A stretch of 32,000 nt of DNA from Pseudomonas aeruginosa. Lineage in GTDB: Bacteria > Pseudomonadota > Gammaproteobacteria > Pseudomonadales > Pseudomonadaceae. Below are positions 24,835-32,000 of this stretch, one piece after another. The position numbers were made by a program, and so were the translations under genes. Where the stretch lies: the NCBI RefSeq assembly GCF_001457615.1, contig NZ_LN831024.1:2340001-2372000 (forward strand), written 5' to 3'. Below the pieces are notes generated by a model, which saw only the letters and a list, made by a program, of their open reading frames with translations, was not told the DNA's origin and searched no databases. The first letter of the stretch is position 1. Each line of letters opens with the position of its first letter.

Positions 24835-25005
24835 TCAGGGCGCTGCCTGCTCGCAGAGATCGTTGCCGAGGAGGCGCGCGCCCAGGCCGCGAAGCAGGTA
24901 GGTCTCGACATGGCTGCCGTCCGGGCAGTCGACTCGGTAGCCGAGCGCCAGGCCGGCGGAAAGAAGAACGAACAGGAACAGGCCGATATGTTGCAGTTTG
25001 CTCAT
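24835..25005 (-). CDS. Candidate 56-aa exported mini-protein (below the ORF-track cut-off)
   Basis: Hand translation gives MSKLQHIGLFLFVLLSAGLALGYRVDCPDGSHVETYLLRGLGARLLGNDLCEQAAP*. It has a hydrophobic signal-like N-terminus, two Cys and about 80% GC at third positions. The RBS is weak. Confidence 0.4.
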   Translation of the reverse strand: MSKLQHIGLFLFVLLSAGLALGYRVDCPDGSHVETYLLRGLGARLLGNDLCEQAAP

Positions 25006-25208
25006 GGTGTTTTCTACGAAAGAGGCTTGAGGGCGCAGGCGCTGCGCCGGGCGATTCTAGTGCAATGAGGCAGGGGGAGGAGCCGATTTGCATGCCTAAG
25101 CGTTCTACATGGTCCAGGGCGCCCAGCGATTCGACAGTCGCCCTGCGCCGATCGACGGCGAGCCGGGGCGAATCCGGCTGCAACTGCGTCTGTACCTGGG
25201 TTGAGCCG

Positions 25209-25237
25209 TTGACGGGCGCTGTCGCTGCCTTTATAAG
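25209..25237 (+). promoter_or_regulatory. Near-consensus sigma70 promoter for the acidic mini-protein gene
   Basis: TTGACG (25209-25214), 17-nt spacer, TATAAG (25232-25237), about 30 nt before the ATG at 25269. Confidence 0.5.
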
Positions 25238-25268
25238 ACCGCCTCACGCAGCCGGCAGGCAGTCGAAG

Positions 25269-25490
25269 ATGAGCGACGAAGACGATATTCACGAACCCGA
25301 ACACGATCACCTGCTGGATAACGATTACCTCGAGGACGAGCGTGACGAAGATACGTTCGGCGCGCTCGACGAGCCCGATGCCTGCGGAACCGGCAGGCGA
25401 CGTTCCTGCGAATATTGCGACGCGGTCCAGGTCCCAGTCGATAGCGAGGGTTTCTCTATCTGCGCCGATTGCGCAGGGCTGGAGGACTAG
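25269..25490 (+). CDS. 73-aa very acidic protein with a C-terminal CxxC...CxxC zinc-ribbon-like motif
   Basis: MSDEDDIHEPEHDHLLDNDYLEDERDEDTFGALDEPD...SCEYCDAVQVPVDSEGFSICADCAGLED. Only the last 73 codons of the 331-aa track ORF look coding. It has its own promoter (previous feature). Confidence 0.6.
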   Translation: MSDEDDIHEPEHDHLLDNDYLEDERDEDTFGALDEPDACGTGRRRSCEYCDAVQVPVDSEGFSICADCAGLED

Positions 25491-25496
25491 CCCTGG

Positions 25497-26522
25497 TCAG
25501 ACGCTGACCACCCGGTTGCGTCCGGCACGCTTGGCGTCGTACAGCGCGGCATCCGCCCGGGCGAGTGCCCGTTCCGGTTCTTCGCCGCTGCCGGCCAGGG
25601 TACAGCCGGCACTGATGGTCACCGGCACGGACGTGCCGGCACAGTCGATCGGGGTCGCTTCCATCAGTTCGCGGATGCGATTGGCGATCATGGTCAGTTC
25701 CGTGGTCTCGCGGACCCGGACCATCGCCACGAACTCCTCGCCGCCGAAACGCGCCAGGAGATCTTCCGGCCGCAGCGCCGCGCGCAGTCGCGAAGCCGCC
25801 TCGCGGAGGACGCTGTCGCCGGCCCGGTGCCCCAGGGTGTCGTTGATACGTTTGAAATGGTCGATATCGCTGTAGATGATGCCGATGCGCTGGTCGCTGG
25901 CCCGCGCCAACTCCAGTTCATGCTGGTGCAGCGCGTGGAAGCCGGCCCGGTTCCACAATTGGGTGAGGGGGTCGAGCAGTGACTTGCGCTGCTCCCGGTC
26001 GATCTCCTGGCGCAGGAAGCGGGTGTGCTCGGTGAGGCTGCGTAGCTGGAGATATCCTTCGGCCAGGATCGACAGTCGATTGAGCTGGCGTCCTTCCCGG
26101 AGATCCAGCAGCCGCGGGCTCGGGTCGATCAGGCAGAGTGTGCCGATGGCCTGGCCATTGCTGGCGTGCAGGGGCTCGCCGGCGTAGAAGCGGATGAAGG
26201 GCGGCCCGGTGACCAGCGGATTGTCGTGAAAACGCGGATCCCTGGAGGCGTCCGTCACCATCAGCGGTTCGCTGGCCAGGATGGCGTGGCCGCAGAAGGA
26301 CAGGTCGCGCGGCGTCTGTTCGGCATCCAGGCCGATACGGGCCTTGAACCATTGGCGGTCGTGGTCGATCAGACTGATCAGCACGGTCTTCACCCCGAAG
26401 GTTTCCCGCGCCAGTTCCACCAGGGCGTCCAGGTAGTGTTCGGCGGGGGTGTCGACCAGCGCCATGTCGTCCAGGGCCTGCTGGCGCAGGGCTTCGTCGG
26501 GAGGGAGGGGGCAGGCGAGCAT
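25497..26522 (-). CDS. dcsbis: GAF-GGDEF diguanylate cyclase with I-site (from memory Dcsbis, PA2771)
   Basis: N-terminal GAF domain, then a GGDEF domain with RPEDLLARFGGEEF (an RxxD I-site five residues before GGEEF). Confidence 0.9.
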   Translation of the reverse strand: MLACPLPPDEALRQQALDDMALVDTPAEHYLDALVELARETFGVKTVLISLIDHDRQWFKARIGLDAEQTPRDLSFCGHAILASEPLMVTDASRDPRFHDNPLVTGPPFIRFYAGEPLHASNGQAIGTLCLIDPSPRLLDLREGRQLNRLSILAEGYLQLRSLTEHTRFLRQEIDREQRKSLLDPLTQLWNRAGFHALHQHELELARASDQRIGIIYSDIDHFKRINDTLGHRAGDSVLREAASRLRAALRPEDLLARFGGEEFVAMVRVRETTELTMIANRIRELMEATPIDCAGTSVPVTISAGCTLAGSGEEPERALARADAALYDAKRAGRNRVVSV

Positions 26523-26617
26523 ACTGGATCCTGATCACGGTGGAGACTTTCGGTATAGCTGCCGGACAGGCTGAAGGCCAGCCTGGCGTCCGCAGTCGGC
26601 GCAAGGGTGAAGAGGGC

Positions 26618-26650
26618 AAAAAAAATCCCGGCCGCGTGGAGCAGGCCGGG
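26618..26650 (-). terminator. Strong intrinsic terminator on the minus strand, located upstream (5') of the dcsbis start codon
   Basis: Minus strand reads cccggcc-tgctccacgc-ggccggg followed by ATTTTTTTT. On the plus strand this is A8-T then cccggcc (26627-33) ... ggccggg (26644-50). Confidence 0.6.
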
Positions 26651-26796
26651 AAAGGATCCAGGGATGTACAGCGCCCACAGCTTATGTCGGCGGCGGTTTC
26701 GATGAAGCTGCCGGATCTGGTAGGCGCGATTTTCGCGTCGATGTGTGACCCGCTTCGCCGACTATCCTGGCAAGTGGGGTCGCGAACCAATAGGAT

Positions 26797-27093
26797 TTGC
26801 GGGTTTTATTCAATCTGGGTGAATGCGTGCAGGAAATCTACTCTGAAGAACAGATGCGCAAGGCGCTGGGCCTTGCCGAAACGCGACCGAAAAAGGTCCG
26901 GACCGAGGCCAGCCAGCCGGTCCGCTACACCATCGTCGAACTGAGCGTGCGCAAGGGCGGGGCGGGATTGCCGCTGCGTTTCGAACATCGCTCGCGCTCC
27001 ATCAGCAAGGTCACCGCGCAACTGGAAGCGGAGAAGGAAGCCAAGCGCCAGGGTTACCAGGTCTGGGCGCTGCTGGATATCCGTCAGATCTGA
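26797..27093 (+). CDS. Small hypothetical protein (79-98 aa; start uncertain: TTG 26797, GTG 26827 or ATG 26854)
   Basis: The ORF has coding-like GC3 (...EEQMRKALGLAETRPKKVRTEASQPVRYTIVELSVRKGGAGLPLRFEHRSRSISKVTAQLEAEKEAKRQGYQVWALLDIRQI). I recognise no motif. Confidence 0.55.
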   Translation: MRVLFNLGECVQEIYSEEQMRKALGLAETRPKKVRTEASQPVRYTIVELSVRKGGAGLPLRFEHRSRSISKVTAQLEAEKEAKRQGYQVWALLDIRQI

Positions 27094-27179
27094 GCGAGGC
27101 GCCTGCGCGGGGCGCGGCATTGTCCTGGTCTCGGTCCGGCTGCTAAGGTGCGCAGCCCATCGATACAGGAGTCCGGAAC

Positions 27180-27959
27180 ATGGAACTGACGATCTTCCAG
27201 GTAGACGCATTCGCCGACAGTCCCTTCCAGGGCAATCCGGCGGCGGTCTGCCCCCTCGATGCCTGGCTGGACGACGAGCGCCTGCAGGCCATCGCGGAAG
27301 AGAACAATCTTTCGGAAACCGCCTTTGTCGTCGGCCGCGACGGCGACTATCGATTGCGCTGGTTCACGCCGCAGGTCGAGGTGGACCTGTGCGGTCATGC
27401 GACCCTGGCGGCGGCCTGGGTACTGATCCACAAGCTCGACGACGCTTCCCCGGTACTGCGTTTCGCCACCCGCAGCGGTGAGCTGAGCGTGCGGCGCGAG
27501 GGCGACTCGCTGGCGATGGACTTCCCGGCCAAGCGTCCGGAGCCTTGCGCGACACCGGACGGACTGCTGGAGGCGCTGGGTATTGCCGAGGCGGAAGTGC
27601 TGAAGACCGACGATTACCTCGTGGTGGTCGACGACGAAAAGATGATCGCCGCCCTGGCGCCTGACTTCGCCCGGCTGAAGGGCTTGCCGTGCCGCGGGGT
27701 GGCGGTGACCGCGCGCAGCCAGCGCTTCGATTTCGTCTCGCGCTGGTTCGGGCCCAACGTCGGCGTCAACGAAGACCCGGTGACCGGTTCCGCGCATACC
27801 TCCCTGGCGCCGTACTGGGCGCAGCGCCTGGGCAAGACCCGGCTGAGCGCCGAGCAGGGCGGGGCGCGCAAGGGGCGCCTGGAATGCGACGTGCGCGGCG
27901 AGCGGGTGGTCATCTCCGGCAAGGCGGCGTTGTACATGAGCGGTACGCTCCATCTCTGA
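27180..27959 (+). CDS. PhzF-family isomerase-like protein
   Basis: MELTIFQVDAFADSPFQGNPAAVC...NLSETAFV...RWFTPQVEVDLCGHATLAAA is typical of PhzF/YddE. RBS aggag is upstream. Confidence 0.9.
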   Translation: MELTIFQVDAFADSPFQGNPAAVCPLDAWLDDERLQAIAEENNLSETAFVVGRDGDYRLRWFTPQVEVDLCGHATLAAAWVLIHKLDDASPVLRFATRSGELSVRREGDSLAMDFPAKRPEPCATPDGLLEALGIAEAEVLKTDDYLVVVDDEKMIAALAPDFARLKGLPCRGVAVTARSQRFDFVSRWFGPNVGVNEDPVTGSAHTSLAPYWAQRLGKTRLSAEQGGARKGRLECDVRGERVVISGKAALYMSGTLHL

Positions 27960-27980
27960 TCCCGAAGCAGGAGTACGACG

Positions 27981-28391
27981 ATGCCGGCACCGCAGGTAGG
28001 CGTGGGTGTCCTGATCTTGCGGGACGGCAAGGTGTTGCTGGGGCGCCGCAAGGGCAGTCATGGCGCTGGCTGCTGGTCGGCGCCCGGCGGCCATCTCGAG
28101 TTCGGCGAGGCGGTGGAGGACTGCGCCCTGCGCGAAGCCCTGGAAGAGACCGGCCTGGCGCTGAGCGAACTGCGCCACGGCCCGTTCAGCAATGACGTCT
28201 TCGAGGGGCGCCACTACCTCACCGCGTTCATCCTGGCCGGTTGCGCGGAGGATGCCGAGGCGCGCCTCATGGAGCCGGACAAGTGCGACGGCTGGGCCTG
28301 GTTCGATTGGGCCGATCTGCCGGAGCCGCTGTTCGCGCCCCTGGCGAGCCTGCGCCGGCGGGGCTATTCGCCCTTCGACCCGAAGCGCTGA
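27981..28391 (+). CDS. Nudix hydrolase
   Basis: Nudix box GGHLEFGEAVEDCALREALEETGL. RBS aggag is upstream. Confidence 0.9.
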   Translation: MPAPQVGVGVLILRDGKVLLGRRKGSHGAGCWSAPGGHLEFGEAVEDCALREALEETGLALSELRHGPFSNDVFEGRHYLTAFILAGCAEDAEARLMEPDKCDGWAWFDWADLPEPLFAPLASLRRRGYSPFDPKR

Positions 28392-28400
28392 GCGACAGGC

Positions 28401-28434
28401 AAAAAAAATCCCGACCGCGGGGGAGCTGGTCGGG
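28401..28434 (-). terminator. Intrinsic terminator (minus strand) after the enoyl-CoA hydratase/membrane-protein operon
   Basis: Minus strand reads cccgacc-agctcccccgc-ggtcggg followed by ATTTTTTTT. It is sequence-related to the element at 26618-26650. Confidence 0.65.
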
Positions 28435-28541
28435 AAATACCCTTGGGGTTCGCACACACCGTGAGCATAGGCCAGTCCGCAACGGCATCAAGAGGAGCCT
28501 GTTCGAACTGCTAGGCCCCTTTGGGGGCCGTTCCACTGTCG

Positions 28542-29024
28542 TCACCTCCGCTCGACGGCGAGCGAAGGGGTTGCCCGCTTGCGTTGCGGTATCCAGAACA
28601 GCATCAGCGGCAGCAGCGAGGCCCAGCCCAGCAGGACATCGCCGGCCAGGTGGATGTGTTCGCCGGGCATCAACAGTCCCTGCAGGAACATCAGGCCGAA
28701 GTGCGCGGCATTGGCTGCCACGGTGAAGTCGATGAACAGCCGGTGGCGGAAGGGCTGGCTGGCGGCGCGCCAGAGGAATGCGCCCCAGACCAGGTAGATC
28801 GTCGAGATCATCAGCTCATAGTGCTGTCCGCCGCCTTGCTGGTCGCCCCAGCGAACCAGGCGGAGCAGCAGGCGCCCGGCGTCGGAGTCGAGCAGCGACT
28901 GGTCGAGCCGCAGGAGCAGCGTGGCCAGGGCCAGGCCGAAGAACAGCAGGAAGCCGCCGGCCATCAGGCGAATGCTCAGGGTCAGCCAAGGCGTGGCGGA
29001 AACCGGGGAAGGGGAGGCAGTCAT
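28542..29024 (-). CDS. Hypothetical 4-TM membrane protein
   Basis: There are four hydrophobic segments. The ATG at 29024 has aggtga 6 nt upstream. An alternative GTG at 29033 overlaps the upstream stop (GTGA). Confidence 0.7.
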   Translation of the reverse strand: MTASPSPVSATPWLTLSIRLMAGGFLLFFGLALATLLLRLDQSLLDSDAGRLLLRLVRWGDQQGGGQHYELMISTIYLVWGAFLWRAASQPFRHRLFIDFTVAANAAHFGLMFLQGLLMPGEHIHLAGDVLLGWASLLPLMLFWIPQRKRATPSLAVERR

Positions 29025-29029
29025 GCAGA

Positions 29030-29998
29030 TCACCTGTAGGCCATGTCGATGGCGTTGCCTTCGGTCAGGTCGTCAAAATCCGCACGGCGGAAAGGGCGCT
29101 CTTCCCGGGTGATGGTGCGCACCCGTTCGATGTATTCGCGCATGGCGCGGCGGGTATTGCCCTGGGAGGCGGCGGAGAGGAAGCCGGCCTTTTCGCTGGC
29201 CATGCCCTCCGTCCAGTCGCGGGAAGCCGCCTGGTAGATCGAACGCTTGATCAGGCGCACCGCTTGCGGTGAGCGCCGGGACAGGCGTTGCGCCAGCGCG
29301 TCGGCGGCTTCCAGTAGCTCCTCCGCTGGCGCCAGCCCTTTGACCAGGCCCAGCGCAAGGGCCTGGCGCGGCTCCAGCAGTTGCCCTTCCAGGCACAGCT
29401 CCAGGGCCCTGGCTACGCCCAGGCTGCGCGCCAGCATCTGGGTGCCGCCGCCTCCCGGTATCAGGCCGATGAGTACTTCCGGCTGGCCGAGGAAGCGTTC
29501 CACCTGGTCGTCCTCGGCCATCAGGCGCAGGTCGCAGGCCAGCGCCAGCTCGCAGCCGCCACCCAGGGCCAGGCCGTTGATCGCGGCGATGAACACCTTG
29601 TCCATGCGGCGCATGTGCGCGGTGACCTCATGGAACAGGTTCATGTCGGCGACGCCTGCCAGCAGGGTGCGCCGCAGCAGCTTCCTCGCCCCAGGCAAGT
29701 GGCGCAGGAGGCTTTCGCTTTCCAGCAGCAGGCGTGTCAGCCAGGCCGGCATGGAAAAGGTGATGGGGGCGACGGCGCGCTCGATCTCGTCGACGTCGAA
29801 GTGGGTCAGGAAGACCCCGTCCGCCGCTCCGGAAAGGATGACGGCGCCGATGTCCTGGCGTTGCTCAAGGTCTTCCAGCAGGTCGGCCAGCTCCTGCATC
29901 ACCGCCGTGGTGAGGAAGTTCGCCGGGGGATTGTCGAGCAGGACTTGCAGGACGCGTCCTCGTTGTTCTATGCGCAGGTGTCGCGGTGCTAGAGTCAT
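29030..29998 (-). CDS. Enoyl-CoA hydratase/isomerase (crotonase) family protein
   Basis: Crotonase fold motifs (FLTHFDVDEI, IAAINGLALGGGCELALACDLRL, PEVLIGLIPGGGGTQ). RBS gaggaag is upstream. Confidence 0.9.
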   Translation of the reverse strand: MTLAPRHLRIEQRGRVLQVLLDNPPANFLTTAVMQELADLLEDLEQRQDIGAVILSGAADGVFLTHFDVDEIERAVAPITFSMPAWLTRLLLESESLLRHLPGARKLLRRTLLAGVADMNLFHEVTAHMRRMDKVFIAAINGLALGGGCELALACDLRLMAEDDQVERFLGQPEVLIGLIPGGGGTQMLARSLGVARALELCLEGQLLEPRQALALGLVKGLAPAEELLEAADALAQRLSRRSPQAVRLIKRSIYQAASRDWTEGMASEKAGFLSAASQGNTRRAMREYIERVRTITREERPFRRADFDDLTEGNAIDMAYR

Positions 29999-30010
29999 TG
30001 CGGCTTCCTC

Positions 30011-30048
30011 ATTGGATAACGAGCGTTATATAAAGATCATTATCCAAT
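30011..30048. promoter_or_regulatory. Nested palindromes: candidate TetR operator in the divergent intergenic region
   Basis: ATTGGATAA (30011-19) pairs with TTATCCAAT (30040-48). An inner ATAACG-ag-CGTTAT lies at 30016-30029. The centre is AT-rich (tatataaag). Confidence 0.5.
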
Positions 30049-30085
30049 GTGACGACATCGTCTCCCCAACCAACGGATAGTCGGC

Positions 30086-30667
30086 ATGCGCTACAAACCG
30101 GAACAGAAACAGGCCACCCGCGCCCTGCTGTTGAGCAAGGCCGCTCCGCTGGTGAAGCGCCAGGGCTTCGCCAGCACCGGCCTGGACACCTTGATGAAGG
30201 CGGCTGGTCTTACCACCGGGGCGTTCTACTCGCAATTCTCCAGCAAGGCGGAGTTGCTCGAAGCGATCCTGCAGCGCGAGCTGAGCGCCCAGCACGATGC
30301 CTTTCCGCTGGACAGCCTGGAGCAACTGGCCGGCGCCACCCGTCTCTACCTCAGTCGCGGTCATGCGCAGCATGCCGACATGGGCTGCCCGATTCCGGCG
30401 CTGGCCGCCGAGGTGGGCCGGGCAGGGCCCGAGGTGCGGGAAACCTTCGAACGCGCCCTGGAACAGCGGCAACGGCGGCTGGCCGAACTGATGGGCGACG
30501 AGAACCGGGCCTGGGTGCTCACCTGCCTGTCGGTCGGCGCGGTGCTTCTCGCGCGTGCCCAGGCGAGCGAGGTGGCGCGCGACAAGGTCCTGGATGCGGC
30601 GCTGGAGCATGCGCTGGGCCTGCTTTCGGCGAGCGGAGCGGTTTCGCCGCAAGCGGACCGGGACTGA
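30086..30667 (+). CDS. TetR-family transcriptional regulator
   Basis: N-terminal HTH LLSKAAPLVKRQGFASTGLDTLMKAAGLTTGAFYSQFSSKAELL. The gene is divergent from the crotonase operon. Confidence 0.9.
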   Translation: MRYKPEQKQATRALLLSKAAPLVKRQGFASTGLDTLMKAAGLTTGAFYSQFSSKAELLEAILQRELSAQHDAFPLDSLEQLAGATRLYLSRGHAQHADMGCPIPALAAEVGRAGPEVRETFERALEQRQRRLAELMGDENRAWVLTCLSVGAVLLARAQASEVARDKVLDAALEHALGLLSASGAVSPQADRD

Positions 30668-30725
30668 TTGCACAACTGCAATGTTCGGCGTCTAGCGTCA
30701 GGCTTTCCCTCCGACAGGTAAGCCC

Positions 30726-30821
30726 ATGAACGCCCATCATCTCGAACTCGCCAAGGCCCTGCTGGTGTTTGCCCTTGCCGTCGCCGGCCTGGTGGTCGGT
30801 CTCATGCCGATGGAGTTCTGA
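30726..30821 (+). CDS. Candidate 31-aa single-TM peptide
   Basis: Hand translation gives MNAHHLELAKALLVFALAVAGLVVGLMPMEF*. GC3 is high and the RBS (aggt) is weak. It is below the track cut-off. Confidence 0.25.
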   Translation: MNAHHLELAKALLVFALAVAGLVVGLMPMEF

Positions 30822-31026
30822 GCGACGCAGGTCCGGCTTCGCGCTTTTCCCTCGTCTTCGAGTGGTCTCTGGCGTTGCACCGGTTTAGGATGCGCGGGTA
30901 TTTCGGAGCCGCTTCGCTTGGCGTCGCCCGCCGCTGCGCTCCGAAACCGAGCATTGCTCGAACCAGAACGAGATCGAAGGTGCATCGCCACGAGCGGCGC
31001 ACGGCCTGATGATAGATGGAGGCAAC

Positions 31027-31908
31027 ATGAGCGCGGCTCAGCCAGGCATTCTCACCCCGATTCCGGTGGTGGGTCGCTACCTGTTTTTCAGCATTTCCCA
31101 ACCCGAGCAGGTGGCCGCGACCTTGGCCAGCCTGGCCGCGGCCACCGATGGTTACCAGCTGGTGGTGGGTATCGGCCATTCGCTGATGCTCAGCCTCGGC
31201 AAGACCGTCGAGGGCATGAAGGACTATCCGGTGCTCGCCGCGCCCGGCATCGACCTGCCGTCCACGCCCTCCGCGCTGTGGTGCTGGCTGCGCGGCGAGG
31301 ATCGCGGCGAGGTGACGCTGCGCTCGCACGCGCTGGAACGGTCGCTGGCGCCGGCCTTCCAGCGGACCGGCGCGGTGGATGCGTTCCTCTACGGCGAGGA
31401 CCGCGACCTGTCCGGCTACAAGGACGGCACCGAGAACCCCAAGGGCGATGCGGCGCTCGAAGCCGCGCTGGTCTCCGGGCGCGGTGCGGGCCTGGATGGC
31501 GGCAGTTTCGTTGCTGTCCAGCAGTGGCTGCATGACTTCGACCGGATGCAGGCGATCCCCGGCGAGGAGATGGACAACATCATCGGCCGCCGCAAGTCCG
31601 ACGACGAAGAACTGGAAGACGCGCCGGCCTACGCCCACGTTAAGCGCACCGAGCAGGAAAGCTTCGAGCCCGCCGCGTTCCTCCTGCGGCGCGGCGCGCC
31701 CTGGTCCGACGAGCACCGCGCGGGGCTGTTGTTCGCCGCCTTCGGCCGCTCGTTCGAGGCCTTCGAGGTCCAGTGGCTACGGATGATCGGCGTGGAAGAC
31801 GGGGTGCTCGATGGCCTGTTCCGTTTCACCCGGCCGATCAGCGGCAGCTACTTCTGGTGTCCGCCCATGGCCGACGGCCGCCTCGACCTGTCCGCCCTCG
31901 GCCTCTGA
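31027..31908 (+). CDS. Dyp-type peroxidase family protein
   Basis: MSAAQPGILTP...RYLFF..., GYKDGTENP, and a C-terminal FRFTRPISGSYFWCPP typical of the Dyp family. The ATG at 31027 has ggagg upstream. Confidence 0.85.
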   Translation: MSAAQPGILTPIPVVGRYLFFSISQPEQVAATLASLAAATDGYQLVVGIGHSLMLSLGKTVEGMKDYPVLAAPGIDLPSTPSALWCWLRGEDRGEVTLRSHALERSLAPAFQRTGAVDAFLYGEDRDLSGYKDGTENPKGDAALEAALVSGRGAGLDGGSFVAVQQWLHDFDRMQAIPGEEMDNIIGRRKSDDEELEDAPAYAHVKRTEQESFEPAAFLLRRGAPWSDEHRAGLLFAAFGRSFEAFEVQWLRMIGVEDGVLDGLFRFTRPISGSYFWCPPMADGRLDLSALGL

Positions 31909-31915
31909 GCCCGCC

Positions 31916-31942
31916 GCGGCAGCAGGCCAGGCCTGCTGCCGC
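31916..31942. terminator. Hairpin between convergent genes (bidirectional terminator candidate)
   Basis: gcggcagcaggc-cag-gcctgctgccgc is a perfect 12-bp stem. Confidence 0.55.
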
Positions 31943-31955
31943 GTCCTGCGCGGCG

Positions 31956-32000
31956 CTAGTGGGCGGTGGCCACGGCGGCCTCGTCGATCAGCGCCGCTAC
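31956..32000 (-). CDS. Extreme 3' end of a minus-strand gene running out of the window (product not callable)
   Basis: CTA (the reverse complement of TAG) at 31956-58 is followed by an open GC3-rich frame to the window edge. Confidence 0.3.
   Translation of the reverse strand, partial: VAALIDEAAVATAH

Overview
This is a high-GC (about 65-67%) chromosomal segment that reads like Pseudomonas aeruginosa core genome. From memory it matches the PAO1 PA2797 to PA2765 region in reverse orientation. All gene names and locus tags given here are recollection plus motif reading, not a database search. I can support about 36 protein genes, one tRNA-Val(GAC) with its promoter and terminator, several intrinsic terminators and several operator-like palindromes. 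I see no CRISPR array, rRNA, integrase or transposase. Recognisable genes are tal, dusA, an isochorismatase-like/MFS/GntR trio, a run of exported hypothetical proteins, the PilJ-type chemoreceptor mcpN, cpg2, a GAF protein, a DUF2975/HTH pair, mep72-bamI, bswR with an overlapping partner ORF, a PA2779/PA2778-type pair, an FNT channel, pauB3, tsi4-tse4, the GAF-GGDEF cyclase dcsbis, a PhzF-like protein, a Nudix hydrolase, an enoyl-CoA hydratase, a TetR regulator and a Dyp peroxidase. The items most worth a second look are listed here. (1) A Sec-exported precursor with a double-glycine-like motif is translationally coupled to a lipoprotein C39-like cysteine peptidase with a TPR tail, and no ABC exporter is present. 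(2) The glycine-zipper toxin/immunity cassette next to tRNA-Val is bracketed by two near-identical terminator hairpins. (3) The XRE regulator is followed by a GTGA-overlapping unknown ORF. (4) An orphan intrinsic terminator lies in the leader of the diguanylate cyclase gene and has a covarying paralogue 1.8 kb away. (5) A lower-GC three-gene islet with decayed reading frames abuts the 5' end of dusA. Many long ORFs in the supplied track are antisense or off-frame artefacts of the high GC content and were rejected.
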